A stretch of DNA of 64,000 nt. It comes from a virus. Below, in pieces: positions 29,820 to 39,200 of the stretch (its first letter is position 1; each line of letters opens with the position of its first letter). Position numbers and translations under genes: made by a program. The stretch is taken from IMG/VR virus record IMGVR_UViG_3300010352_001169. One strand, 5' to 3'. A model generated the notes under the pieces. The model did not search any database and was not told the DNA's origin. It was given only the letters and a program-made list of their open reading frames with translations.

Positions 29820-32132
29820 TTATTTTTCTTCAGCCAATGATAAGAATTTTGGAGCGACTACTAATTTCCTATCATCTTCATCGAATATGAGTTTGCATTT
29901 TCCATCATCTCTTGCACTAACAAAAGTGGCTATTTTATTGTAGTATTTTGAGCCATCTTTTTTATAAATTACTTTATCTCCTTCTTTGAATCCAGGTTTT
30001 CCTACTGCTGGTGCTGGTCCTGGTCTATCTTCTGCTTTAGGGGCATCATCCCATGTTGGCATTACAAAATCTTCCTTCATTATCCAAGTGCTACCATTAC
30101 TTAAATATTGATAACCTTTTCCATCTCGAAGACTGAATGTATCAAAGTGATCAAGAGCATCAACCCCCATTCTATAACTTTTCTTTGCATTATATAAAAG
30201 ACAAACCATATTTGATGGTCTTTGACCATATCCTCTACCGCCAGCTGCGTCAGCACAGATCCAACCGCGTTGTTTAGCAAACATTAAAAACAATTCCCTA
30301 TCCTTATCATAACGCGAGTAAATATACTCCATATAAGTAGCTCCATATGGTTCTACGAGTCTCCAAATGTTAGCTCTACCTAATAATTTTTTATTATCAT
30401 CCAATAATATCAACATCTGAACAACATGTGGGTTGTCAACAAACATTTGCATTTCTCTTCCTTTACTATCACCCTGCATACACGATCCGTTTAAACTTCC
30501 ACCGCCTTTAACATAATTTTTACCATTATACCAGAAACGCATATCTTCACCCGATACTAATCTTAATTTATTAGATAATCCACTTATACAAATATCATAA
30601 GCTCCTTTTAATCCGTTAACATATATCTCAACTTCTTTATCTGTTAGATCTTTATTTAACATTCTAAAGAACTTTCCAATCTTTATTTGTTGACGAAGTC
30701 TTGATTTATAAGGATTTTCATCTTTCTCCAATCTTTTGAATTTATCTAATGGTAAATAAGAAACTACATCGTTTTTATCTGTTGTGTCAAAATAAGATTG
30801 TGTCATAAAAGGAGTTTTTAGTCTGAAATTTATTCTCGATAAGAGCATTGATAGGGGTGAGCTACATTTAAAAGGTATCAGCTCGTTATTTTCAACTTTC
30901 TTCAATAACTCATCAATATTATCTCCTTCTTTTGGACGTGACAAAGACGCACGATTTATAGTATAACTATTTTTATATTTACCTATTTTCATCAATTGGC
31001 TATCAAAATCAACCATAAATTCTATATCAAAAAAATCTCTTGGTTTTGCACCTTTTATATTTCTTATTATACCTATTTGTCCATCTAAATTCAAATTCAT
31101 GTAACTACCTTGAGTTATGACATATTCACCCACCTTATAATCATAATTAAATTCAGTTATTTCATCTTGTAAATTCTTAACGTCCAGTTTTCTCTTTTCT
31201 ATTTCTTCTGGAGTTGCTTCTCTTACATAAGATTTCGGAAAATAATAACCAGCTGGTTTACCAATGAGATAATTTATATCATAAAGATATGACGAAAAAT
31301 TATTTAAAAATTGAACACCGTATTGTTTTCTGTAACCTACTTGATCTTGAATATCACGAACGACTCCTATTTCATTCTTCACTACCACACCATTATAATT
31401 TCCATCAACAATAACAACATCACCTAATTTAAAAACTATTTTAAGACTATCTAATTCACTTTTAATTTTATTTAGTTTTTTCGCAACTCTTTCTTTTTCT
31501 TCCTCGGTTGCTAAACGCATATGGATTTTATCAACGTTCATGCCAGATCTATTCTTTGGAATGCCATCATAATCGCAATTCATGTTTTTATCAAATCGAT
31601 CTAAAAAACCAATCCAATAAATTTCATTATTTTTTTCATTTCTATCTGCTGGATCTAGTGATCCTTTTCCAGCACTATAATAAACAACTCCTACTTCACC
31701 ATCGAGATTTACTTCATTTCCACCCACATATCTATTTTTAAGCCTTCCGACACCTACAATAATATCACCTTCTTTATATTGGGCATTTAACCTCAACGCT
31801 TTATTTCTCTTTTCTTCGCCAACGGTTTTGATAATTTTTTCAAATTCTTCTTTATTATTTGTAGATATATTTTCTAATGGAACATAGAAACAATGTCCTG
31901 GTTTTCCAATATCTTTAAATCCAGCATGAAATTTTTTACTAAAAGATTTATCAAATTCTACAAGAATATTTCCATATTCTTTCATTGATATAATTTTACC
32001 TGTTTGATATTCTAGATTTACACCATCAAACTCTCCGCATGTCATTACACTGTCACCTATTTTGAGATCAGATCTTTTAATCTTATTTTTAACGTTGGCT
32101 TCATTTAAGAAAGAATTATAATTTTTTATCAT
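29820..32132 (-). CDS. Large multidomain tagged protein: repeated SH3-like beta domains + SCM...GRAxxW domain
   Basis: MIKNYNSFLNEA; repeats of (K/F)xGDxV...GxI...VxF; GSCMQG, LLGRANIW, YMEYIY. Confidence 0.7.
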   Translation of the reverse strand: MIKNYNSFLNEANVKNKIKRSDLKIGDSVMTCGEFDGVNLEYQTGKIISMKEYGNILVEFDKSFSKKFHAGFKDIGKPGHCFYVPLENISTNNKEEFEKIIKTVGEEKRNKALRLNAQYKEGDIIVGVGRLKNRYVGGNEVNLDGEVGVVYYSAGKGSLDPADRNEKNNEIYWIGFLDRFDKNMNCDYDGIPKNRSGMNVDKIHMRLATEEEKERVAKKLNKIKSELDSLKIVFKLGDVVIVDGNYNGVVVKNEIGVVRDIQDQVGYRKQYGVQFLNNFSSYLYDINYLIGKPAGYYFPKSYVREATPEEIEKRKLDVKNLQDEITEFNYDYKVGEYVITQGSYMNLNLDGQIGIIRNIKGAKPRDFFDIEFMVDFDSQLMKIGKYKNSYTINRASLSRPKEGDNIDELLKKVENNELIPFKCSSPLSMLLSRINFRLKTPFMTQSYFDTTDKNDVVSYLPLDKFKRLEKDENPYKSRLRQQIKIGKFFRMLNKDLTDKEVEIYVNGLKGAYDICISGLSNKLRLVSGEDMRFWYNGKNYVKGGGSLNGSCMQGDSKGREMQMFVDNPHVVQMLILLDDNKKLLGRANIWRLVEPYGATYMEYIYSRYDKDRELFLMFAKQRGWICADAAGGRGYGQRPSNMVCLLYNAKKSYRMGVDALDHFDTFSLRDGKGYQYLSNGSTWIMKEDFVMPTWDDAPKAEDRPGPAPAVGKPGFKEGDKVIYKKDGSKYYNKIATFVSARDDGKCKLIFDEDDRKLVVAPKFLSLAEEK

Positions 32133-32205
32133 GACGCGATTTACTTTTTAAACAATGTTAGTTATTCACTATATATAAAAAAAACGGAATCATTTTTTTT
32201 TAAAA

Positions 32206-32604
32206 ATGAAAGATAAATTAATTTTTAATAACAAAATAGAAGTAAGGCGTTCGCCAATTCACGGCTGGGGAGTATTCGCTAAAGAAGATATTAAAGCTGG
32301 GGAAATATTAGAGGAAACATATTTTTTAATCATTCCAATGTCCGCCAATGAATCGTCTTCAATTTTTATTGATTATCGTTTCAATTTTCCGCGAACCAGA
32401 CCCCTTTATCAAGTAATACCATTTGGATTTGCCTGTATTTATAATCATTCAGACAAAGCAAACGCTGGTTGGGAAACTGACGAAAATAACGACTTGTTCG
32501 TTTTCTTCGCTATAAAAGATATTAAAAAAGACGAAGAAATTTGTACATATTATGGAAATGAAAACTATTGGCGCGATGGTCGCTCTCACACTAAAATAAT
32601 ATAA
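32206..32604 (+). CDS. SET-domain protein lysine methyltransferase
   Basis: SPIHGWGVFAKEDI, YNHSDKAN, DIKKDEEICTYY. Confidence 0.9.
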   Translation: MKDKLIFNNKIEVRRSPIHGWGVFAKEDIKAGEILEETYFLIIPMSANESSSIFIDYRFNFPRTRPLYQVIPFGFACIYNHSDKANAGWETDENNDLFVFFAIKDIKKDEEICTYYGNENYWRDGRSHTKII

Positions 32605-32606
32605 TC

Positions 32607-33674
32607 ATGGATAAAACACACCACAAATTAAAATTATACAATGGAGATCATGCCATTGTAATGGAAGATGATAATATCAAAACATTAGGAAGCCACAATT
32701 ACAATTTTATATTTAACAAGAAAAATGGTTTTTTTGTTAGATGGGGCAAAACAAAAGATGATGATGGGGATCTAGAATTAGGACTTCCAGAAATAGCTGA
32801 TATAGAAATTTCTACCGTTTGTAATGGAGTTAAAGGTCTTTGTAAATTTTGTTACAAAGAAAATAATCCAAAAGGAAAAAATATGTCTTTTGAAACCTTT
32901 AAAATCATATTGGGCAAACTCCCTCCAACAGTAACTCAAATCGCACTAGGAATAGGAAATATAGATGGAAATCCCGATCTATGGAAAATAGTTGATTATT
33001 GCGTCTCAAAGGGAGTTATACCTAATATAACAATAAATGGTGCTAGAATGAATGACGAATCATTTGATAAAATAGCTTCTTTTATGGGGGCGTGTGCTGT
33101 TTCTAAATATGACAAAGATGTTACTTATAGAGCTGTCAAAGAACTGACTGACAGAGGATTGAAACAAACAAACATTCACTTCATGTTAAGTGAAGAAACT
33201 TTTGATGACGCTATGGAAACTTTAGATGATATCAAAAAAGATAAAAGATTGAGCAAATTAAATGCCATAGTTTTTCTTTCGCTTAAAACTAAAGGATGTG
33301 CTAAAACTGGTTTTCTACAACTAAGTCAAGACAAATTTAAACAACTAGTAGATAAGGCGATTGAAAATAATATACCAATTGGTTTTGATAGCTGTGGCAG
33401 TCTTAAATTTTTAAAAGCTATAGAGGACAGGAAAAATTATGAATCCATGGCTATGATGGTTGAGCCGTGTGAAGCTACTATATATTCAACATATATATCT
33501 GTTGATGGAGCTTATTTCCCCTGTAGTTTCTGTGAAAACGAAGATTGGAAAGAAGGATTATCTGTTATAAAATGTAAAGATTTTTTAAAGGATATATGGT
33601 ACAACGAAAAAACAATAAATTTCAAAAAAAGACTTATTAAATGCGGAAGGGACTGTCCGATTTATAAAATCTAA
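32607..33674 (+). CDS. Radical SAM protein with SPASM/twitch-like C-terminus
   Basis: CNGVKGLCKFCY, NITING, CEATIYSTYISVDGAYFPCSFC, terminal DCPIY. Confidence 0.85.
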   Translation: MDKTHHKLKLYNGDHAIVMEDDNIKTLGSHNYNFIFNKKNGFFVRWGKTKDDDGDLELGLPEIADIEISTVCNGVKGLCKFCYKENNPKGKNMSFETFKIILGKLPPTVTQIALGIGNIDGNPDLWKIVDYCVSKGVIPNITINGARMNDESFDKIASFMGACAVSKYDKDVTYRAVKELTDRGLKQTNIHFMLSEETFDDAMETLDDIKKDKRLSKLNAIVFLSLKTKGCAKTGFLQLSQDKFKQLVDKAIENNIPIGFDSCGSLKFLKAIEDRKNYESMAMMVEPCEATIYSTYISVDGAYFPCSFCENEDWKEGLSVIKCKDFLKDIWYNEKTINFKKRLIKCGRDCPIYKI

Positions 33675-33712
33675 AAATAATATATAGTATAAAAAAATAT
33701 CGGAGAAACGAT

Positions 33713-34261
33713 ATGAAAATAAGAAATGGTTTTATAAGTAATAGCAGTAGCTCATCTTTCATTCTTGTGTACATACCAGATGACTTTGATTATGATTCAC
33801 ATGTAGAATATATGCTTGACAAATATCAAAAGAAAGGTCCTAAAAATTATGAACGTTTTAAAAAAGATATTGTTTTTTTCAAAAAGAGTGGAATAGATGA
33901 CTTCGTTAAAAAGGGAAGAATGGGTCAATTCGCAGTTGATGATCTAGCTTTTTTCTTAGAAGATTATGTTGTTTATCAAACTACATTAGATTATGAAGGA
34001 TATGACACCATTAAAAGAATTGATAAGAAATTTTTAGAAAAAATCGACAAAATGGCCGATTTATCAAAAAATAATATAGAAAAATATAAAGAAGTAGCAG
34101 CTTCTAAAAATAGAAAAAGACAATATCTAAAAGACAAAATGAAACTCTACGATCCATATGGTGAGGAAGAATGGGATGAAGATCTTGATAGTATAAAAGA
34201 TCCATTAGAAAGAGGATCGATTGATGAGTCTAATAGAATAAAAAAATTTAAAGAATTATGA
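33713..34261 (+). CDS. MKIRxGFxSNSSSSSF-family protein 1, with DPYGEEEW
   Basis: Conserved N-terminus; ends IDESNRIKKFKEL. Confidence 0.8.
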   Translation: MKIRNGFISNSSSSSFILVYIPDDFDYDSHVEYMLDKYQKKGPKNYERFKKDIVFFKKSGIDDFVKKGRMGQFAVDDLAFFLEDYVVYQTTLDYEGYDTIKRIDKKFLEKIDKMADLSKNNIEKYKEVAASKNRKRQYLKDKMKLYDPYGEEEWDEDLDSIKDPLERGSIDESNRIKKFKEL

Positions 34262-34782
34262 AAATAAGAACTGGTTTTGTTAGTAATAGTAGCGGTTCTA
34301 GTTTCGTTTTAGTGTATTTGCCAAAAGATTTTGACTTTGATATCGCTATGGAATCCTTTTTAGAAAAATACAAAGGAAATAAAAAGCACAATTATATGAT
34401 CAAAGAAATTGATGGATTGACGAAACACGATGTCGATAATTTTATAAAACATGGCATTTATCATCAAGGTGAGGATGATAATAATTTTTATTCATTAAGC
34501 GCATTTTTTAATGATTATACTGTTTTTGTTGCTTACGAGGCTTGTCTTGAAGAAGGTGGAATTATTAAATTAATAGATGATAGAATATTAGATAAATCAG
34601 TTGAAATTGATAATAAACATAGAGAAGATTGCATCAAATATAAAGATGCTGTAAAGGACAGAAAGATAAAAAGAGAAATTATAAAAGACAAAATGAAAGG
34701 AATCGATCCTTATGGCGAAGAAGAATGGGATGATGAAGATAATATTGTCGAATCCTATAGAATAAGAAGATTTAAAAAGTAA
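34258..34782 (+). CDS. MKIRxGFxSNSSxSSF-family protein 2, with DPYGEEEW
   Basis: Conserved N-terminus; ends IVESYRIRRFKK. Confidence 0.8.
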   Translation: MKIRTGFVSNSSGSSFVLVYLPKDFDFDIAMESFLEKYKGNKKHNYMIKEIDGLTKHDVDNFIKHGIYHQGEDDNNFYSLSAFFNDYTVFVAYEACLEEGGIIKLIDDRILDKSVEIDNKHREDCIKYKDAVKDRKIKREIIKDKMKGIDPYGEEEWDDEDNIVESYRIRRFKK

Positions 34783-34791
34783 TAATTAATT

Positions 34792-35286
34792 ATGAAAATA
34801 AGAACTGGTTTTGTAAGTAATAGTAGCTCAACAAGTTATGTGGTTTTTCTACCAAAAGATTTTGATTTAGAAGATTATATGGCAGAGTTCACTAACGAGC
34901 AACTTGAGCAAATGGGGAAATGGGCCGATTGTTCATTTGAAGAATTAATAGAAAGATCTCTTGCTGAATTTCAAAGAGCATTGGACGCTAGAGATTCATC
35001 AACATATCAATATGGTGATGATTATGGAATATTTGAATTCTTTGAAAAATTATTTGAACAATTAATTATATCTGCTGTTGAACAAGGTGGTGATGGTGAA
35101 GGAGTTATGAAATTTGTCAGACAAGAAGATCTTGAAAATAAAATAAAATACAAAGCAGATCCAGAAAAGAAAAAGAAAAGAGAAGCAAAAAAAGAAGAGT
35201 TGAAGAAAAAATATAAGGACGTAGACCCATACGGAGAGGAAAAATGGGAGGAAGAAAATATAATTAAAAGATTTAAAGATCTATGA
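34792..35286 (+). CDS. MKIRxGFxSNSSSTSY-family protein 3, with DPYGEEKW
   Basis: Conserved N-terminus; ends EEENIIKRFKDL. Confidence 0.8.
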   Translation: MKIRTGFVSNSSSTSYVVFLPKDFDLEDYMAEFTNEQLEQMGKWADCSFEELIERSLAEFQRALDARDSSTYQYGDDYGIFEFFEKLFEQLIISAVEQGGDGEGVMKFVRQEDLENKIKYKADPEKKKKREAKKEELKKKYKDVDPYGEEKWEEENIIKRFKDL

Positions 35287-35291
35287 AAAAG

Positions 35292-35320
35292 AAAAGGGGA
35301 GTTTTTTAACTCCCTTTTTT
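35292..35320. terminator. Bidirectional terminator
   Basis: AAAAGGGGAGTT-TTTT-AACTCCCTTTTT. Confidence 0.75.
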
Positions 35321-35337
35321 ATATTTACTCTCCTTTC

Positions 35338-36174
35338 TTACTTTTCTTTTTTTTCTAAAGGCATCAGTTCGACCGTTTTTGGCTTGAACTTAGAAAGAGA
35401 TATAATTAATTTTTCATCTAATTTGTTTTTCATGTGTTTACATATATCATCAATCCATCTATGTTCCAAAGAAGCCCAGTAAGCATTTCGATTTTTTTCT
35501 CTAAAATCCTTTTTTGTATTATATTTTAAAGCTTCTTCCTGACATTTTTCTTTTGTCCATTTTCTATGACCACCACCTACACCACCAGTTTTAGCTACAT
35601 TTAAAATTATCCATCCATCGTTTTTATATTTTCTCTCATATTCGCCCTCTTTAATTGTAGCCTCTTTTACATCAATGTAATCGGTTAATTGTATTAAGGT
35701 CGGCTGTAATCCTGTTTCTATTATATGTTTAGTTACTTTATCGTTTTCTTTTTGTTTTCTTTCTTCGTCTCTTCTCTTCAAATTAAAAGTTAACCCAATA
35801 TAAACACATTTATCAGAAAATTCGTAAGCATATATACAACGATTATATAAATCCCCCAATAATTCCATGTGTGAACAGAATTCATCTAACCAATTATTTG
35901 TTCTACATAATATATAAGCCATTCCAGATTTTTTTTGAAATTCACTTCTATATTTATATTTCAAAGCCTCTTCTCTACATCTTTCTTTTGTCCAATAATT
36001 ACGCGGTTTTCTAATTTCGATCATATGTGAACAAATTTCATCCAACCACCCGTTGCGTAATGATTTTAGATAAGCCCCACATTGATTTTTATAAAAATCA
36101 CTTCGATATTTATATTTTAAAGCTTCATCTTTACATCTTTCTTTTGTCCAATATCCATTAAGTTTTCTTAACAT
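35338..36174 (-). mobile_element. GIY-YIG homing endonuclease with WTKERCxEEALKY repeats
   Basis: CIYAYEF...VYIGLT; three WTKE(R/K)C repeats; abuts phoH. Confidence 0.8.
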
Positions 36175-36942
36175 TTATTTATTATATTTTTCCAGAATTT
36201 TACCTATTATTGGATTTCGAACTATATCTTCTTTACCGAATTCTATAAAACCCATACCTTCAATTCCTTTTAAATTATCGAAAGCATATTTTAAACCAGA
36301 TTCATTTGGGTTTTTAAATCTATCAATTTGATTAATATCTCCAGATAGAATATATTTACAATTATATCCAATTCGAGTCAGCAACGTAAGCATCCCTTTC
36401 TTAGAAATATTCTGGCTTTCATCTATGATTACCACACAATTATCCAAATTTACTCCTCTTAGGTAGGATATACATAATGGTTCAATTATTTTATTTTCAA
36501 CTAGTTTTTTTCTCGTTTCTTCACCAACAATTTTATCTATTAAATAATAAATTGAAAATAAATATGGATCTAATTTATCAGCAAGGCTGCCTTTCAAATA
36601 ACCTATTGACTCTCCCTCATTAGAGTCAATAATTGGTGTGATAATATAAATTTTATCATAACCATTTGTCCCATCCCTCAACAGTTCTAAAGATTTAGCT
36701 ATACTCAAATAAGACTTTCCCACACCAGAGTCCCCCGCGCATATAGTTATTTCGTTTTCATCTATTGTTTTAATAAACTCTTTCTGTTTTTGATTCTTAC
36801 ATTTTAAATTAATTTTTTTCAATAAAACCTCAGCGTACTGTTTTTTGGTAAAAACTACGTCGTTCGAAATTTTTCGATGGTTATAAATATCATCAAATAC
36901 ATCCATGTCTTCGACGTTCAATAAATTGTTTCTTTTCCCCAT
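36175..36942 (-). CDS. phoH: PhoH-family ATPase
   Basis: GDSGVGKS, YLRGVNLDNCVVIIDESQN, LLTRIG, SGDINQID, DIVRNP; likely start MGKRNN at 36942. Confidence 0.92.
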   Translation of the reverse strand: MGKRNNLLNVEDMDVFDDIYNHRKISNDVVFTKKQYAEVLLKKINLKCKNQKQKEFIKTIDENEITICAGDSGVGKSYLSIAKSLELLRDGTNGYDKIYIITPIIDSNEGESIGYLKGSLADKLDPYLFSIYYLIDKIVGEETRKKLVENKIIEPLCISYLRGVNLDNCVVIIDESQNISKKGMLTLLTRIGYNCKYILSGDINQIDRFKNPNESGLKYAFDNLKGIEGMGFIEFGKEDIVRNPIIGKILEKYNK

Positions 36943-37164
36943 AAGCTTAGATGATTTTTTTGTGTTCGCAATAAAAAAGCCAGACTTTTTCTTATAAAAA
37001 ATCAAATCTGGCTCTAATATATCGAATAATTTAGCACGGTCAAACATACACGAGTATATATTGACAAAAAATATTGGTTTTTTATATTTTTTTAAATTTT
37101 AACATAATAAATTTATTAAACTTAATAAAAATATTAAATATATAATAGAAAAAAATATATAACT

Positions 37165-37812
37165 ATGAGAGTACCAAAAACTTATTCGATTGAAGAAAGA
37201 GTTTATGAATCTTTCGATGAAATAACCGCTAAAATGAACATTAATAAAAGTTCATTCATAGAAGATAAAATAATAAATTTTATCAAAGAAAATAAATCTA
37301 TATTAGATAATGAAAGAGAAAGAAAAAATTTAACCAAATGGAGACCTATAATGGAATCAATGAATTTGAAGGTGGAATATAGAAAAAAATTATCTTTTTA
37401 TGCCGAACATTCTATGGAGTTAGCCAATATTAGAATGACTCGCGTGCCTAGTGCTACTCTTTATATTCCAATGGAATTAAAAATATTATCGAGATTGGAT
37501 TGTGATAAATTTGATATATCTACATTACCAGCAGCCATTATAGATGGAAAGGCTAGACAAGCTATGGATTCTAGAAATAAATTTTCTACAACATATCAGT
37601 TTCCTGTCCCTGGTGTTGATATGATTCATTCTTACGAGCAAGAGATTATTGAAAAATCAGTAGAATATTTTGAGAAAGTTTTGGAAAAATATGACAAGAT
37701 ATATTTCTATTGTTTGATTTCTAATATTTTAATAGAAGTCAACAAAGAAGATAATAATCTTACTGACATTAGTATTTTCCATCGCTTTATGTTGGGAGAT
37801 GAGAAAAATTAA
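37165..37812 (+). CDS. Hypothetical protein with N-terminal ribbon-helix-helix-like segment
   Basis: KTYSIEERVYESFDEITAKMNINKSSFIE pattern. Confidence 0.65.
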   Translation: MRVPKTYSIEERVYESFDEITAKMNINKSSFIEDKIINFIKENKSILDNERERKNLTKWRPIMESMNLKVEYRKKLSFYAEHSMELANIRMTRVPSATLYIPMELKILSRLDCDKFDISTLPAAIIDGKARQAMDSRNKFSTTYQFPVPGVDMIHSYEQEIIEKSVEYFEKVLEKYDKIYFYCLISNILIEVNKEDNNLTDISIFHRFMLGDEKN

Positions 37813-37820
37813 GCCATTTG

Positions 37821-37893
37821 TCCGACAGACAGGACTTGAACCTGCAACCAGAAAATCTAGAGGTTTCTGCTCTACCAATTGAGCTACTGTCGG
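37821..37893 (-). tRNA. Amber suppressor tRNA, anticodon CUA
   Basis: CCGACAG-TA-GCTC-AATTGGTA-GAGC-A-GAAAC-CTCTAGA-TTTTC-TGGTT-GCAGG-TTCAAGT-CCTGT-CTGTCGG-A; U33, G37; one C31:U39 mismatch; CCA not encoded. Confidence 0.88.
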
Positions 37894-37897
37894 ATTT

Positions 37898-38032
37898 GCG
37901 GCCTTGGTCAACCACTCGCTGCCCATCGTCTAGATATTTGGTGCTGGACGGTGTCTCCGAACGAATCTTTCTGACCACGTATCTTTCACACCAAATATCA
38001 TCAACGCCTAAGCCTTGTCCGTTGTAGGCCGC
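37898..38032 (-). ncRNA. Unassigned 135-nt structured RNA immediately 5' of the suppressor tRNA
   Basis: GC-rich island; terminal 7-bp stem GCGGCCT/AGGCCGC; internal 11-bp stem 37933-37943/37989-37999. Confidence 0.6.
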
Positions 38033-38046
38033 TTTATTTTACTATA

Positions 38047-38054
38047 CAAAGATA
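38047..38054 (-). promoter_or_regulatory. Bacteroidota-type -7 promoter box TATCTTTG for ncRNA + tRNA
   Basis: Matches TAnnTTTG, 14 nt upstream of the RNA 5' stem. Confidence 0.6.
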
Positions 38055-38077
38055 AGTAAAATTATCTAATTAAAAAA

Positions 38078-38545
38078 TTATTTATAAAAATCGCCTTTTT
38101 CTTCTTTGTAGGCTTTCAAGAGTTTATCGGCCTCATTTCTTGCTTTGATCCACTCTTTTCTTCTTGCTTGAATTTTTTCTTCCTTTAAGGATTCTTTGAT
38201 ATAAGGACAACGAACGAATTTATCATTCTCCATTTCACAAAGACCAAAAGTTTTGGTCAATAAATTAAAGAAAGTGTTTACTTTTCTTCGTGTAGGATTC
38301 TTCTGAATCCAGAAACAATATTTCTGAATTTTTTTCATTTTTCTTTTAGAAATATCTCTCCAATTCTTTTCTAAATTTTTATAAACATTAAGAGTGACAT
38401 CGTCTGTCAAATGTTTACTGATTTTAATTCTGTAATCATTTTCTTCAATCCATTTCTTGATATTTTCAACGGTTTCGTTAATCTTAGCGATAACTTCACA
38501 TTTGTTATAGGCGTACGTAACACCAGCTTTTGTCATTGTTTCCAT
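38078..38545 (-). CDS. Basic hypothetical protein
   Basis: 155-aa ORF downstream of the amber mini-ORF. Confidence 0.75.
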   Translation of the reverse strand: METMTKAGVTYAYNKCEVIAKINETVENIKKWIEENDYRIKISKHLTDDVTLNVYKNLEKNWRDISKRKMKKIQKYCFWIQKNPTRRKVNTFFNLLTKTFGLCEMENDKFVRCPYIKESLKEEKIQARRKEWIKARNEADKLLKAYKEEKGDFYK

Positions 38546-38636
38546 AATTTAATTTTATTTTGTTATAAATTTCATTATCTTTTATTTACAAGTCGATAAT
38601 GATTAAACTTGTTTTGCTGATTGTACTTTACACCAT

Positions 38637-38660
38637 TTATGGCGGCTTTACCTATGACAT
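38637..38660 (-). promoter_or_regulatory. Leader mini-ORF ATG TCA TAG GTA AAG CCG CCA TAA (M-S-amber-V-K-P-P)
   Basis: AGGAGG at 38665-38670, 4 nt from ATG; immediately followed by ATG GTG TAA. Confidence 0.65.
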
Positions 38661-38673
38661 TGTTCCTCCTTTC

Positions 38674-38979
38674 TTAGAAAATTTTATTGTTAATAATTTT
38701 AATTAATTCTTCACTCATTGGTGAAGTTAATAAACTTGATATGGTTGTTTCACCATATTTCCTATTTGACACAAAATAGAATGATGAGTCTTCTATATTC
38801 TTCTCAATAGCAAAACCATATCTATAATCTTTAAATATCCATTCCATTAATAAAGAGTCTTCACTTTCTGGAAAAACGACTAATTCATTTTCGTCTGCCA
38901 TTGGAAAATTCTTTTTAAAGAAGTCTCTGAAAATCTTCACAGATTTTTCAAATTTATGGTCTAACTCATTTATTTTCAT
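38674..38979 (-). CDS. Hypothetical protein
   Basis: 101-aa ORF in operon. Confidence 0.7.
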   Translation of the reverse strand: MKINELDHKFEKSVKIFRDFFKKNFPMADENELVVFPESEDSLLMEWIFKDYRYGFAIEKNIEDSSFYFVSNRKYGETTISSLLTSPMSEELIKIINNKIF

Positions 38980-39200
38980 AATGTTTCATCCTTTTCATAA
39001 TTAACATAATTCATCTCATTCCAACAATCTACACAAGGAAGATCTTCTGGAACTGGATCTAGATTTCTATATTTACACGTATAACATTTAATTTCTTTAA
39101 TTTTCGTCGGCGTTTCTGATATTAATCTACTTGCTGTTTTTCTTAAAATTTCTAATTCTTTACCTTTCATTGGTTTGGTTCCTTCAAATATACTCTTCAT
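38976..39200 (-). CDS. Small protein with CxxC...CxxC
   Basis: CYTC and CVDC; ATGA-coupled to PTH2. Confidence 0.65.
   Translation of the reverse strand: MKSIFEGTKPMKGKELEILRKTASRLISETPTKIKEIKCYTCKYRNLDPVPEDLPCVDCWNEMNYVNYEKDETL

Noticed and set aside
37330-37430. KWRPIMES segment resembling the N-terminus of T4-like major capsid proteins
   Set aside because: Too short, and the 215-aa protein lacks the rest of an HK97 fold; not called structural
37740-37820. HDV-like theta ribozyme 3' of the suppressor tRNA
   Set aside because: The trailer is AT-rich, overlaps the opposite-strand ORF and shows no nested double pseudoknot by eye; an Infernal search would settle it
37821-37893. Reading the tRNA as Leu(TAG)
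   Set aside because: TAG is off-centre in the loop, would lack U33, and there is no long variable arm; CUA is centred
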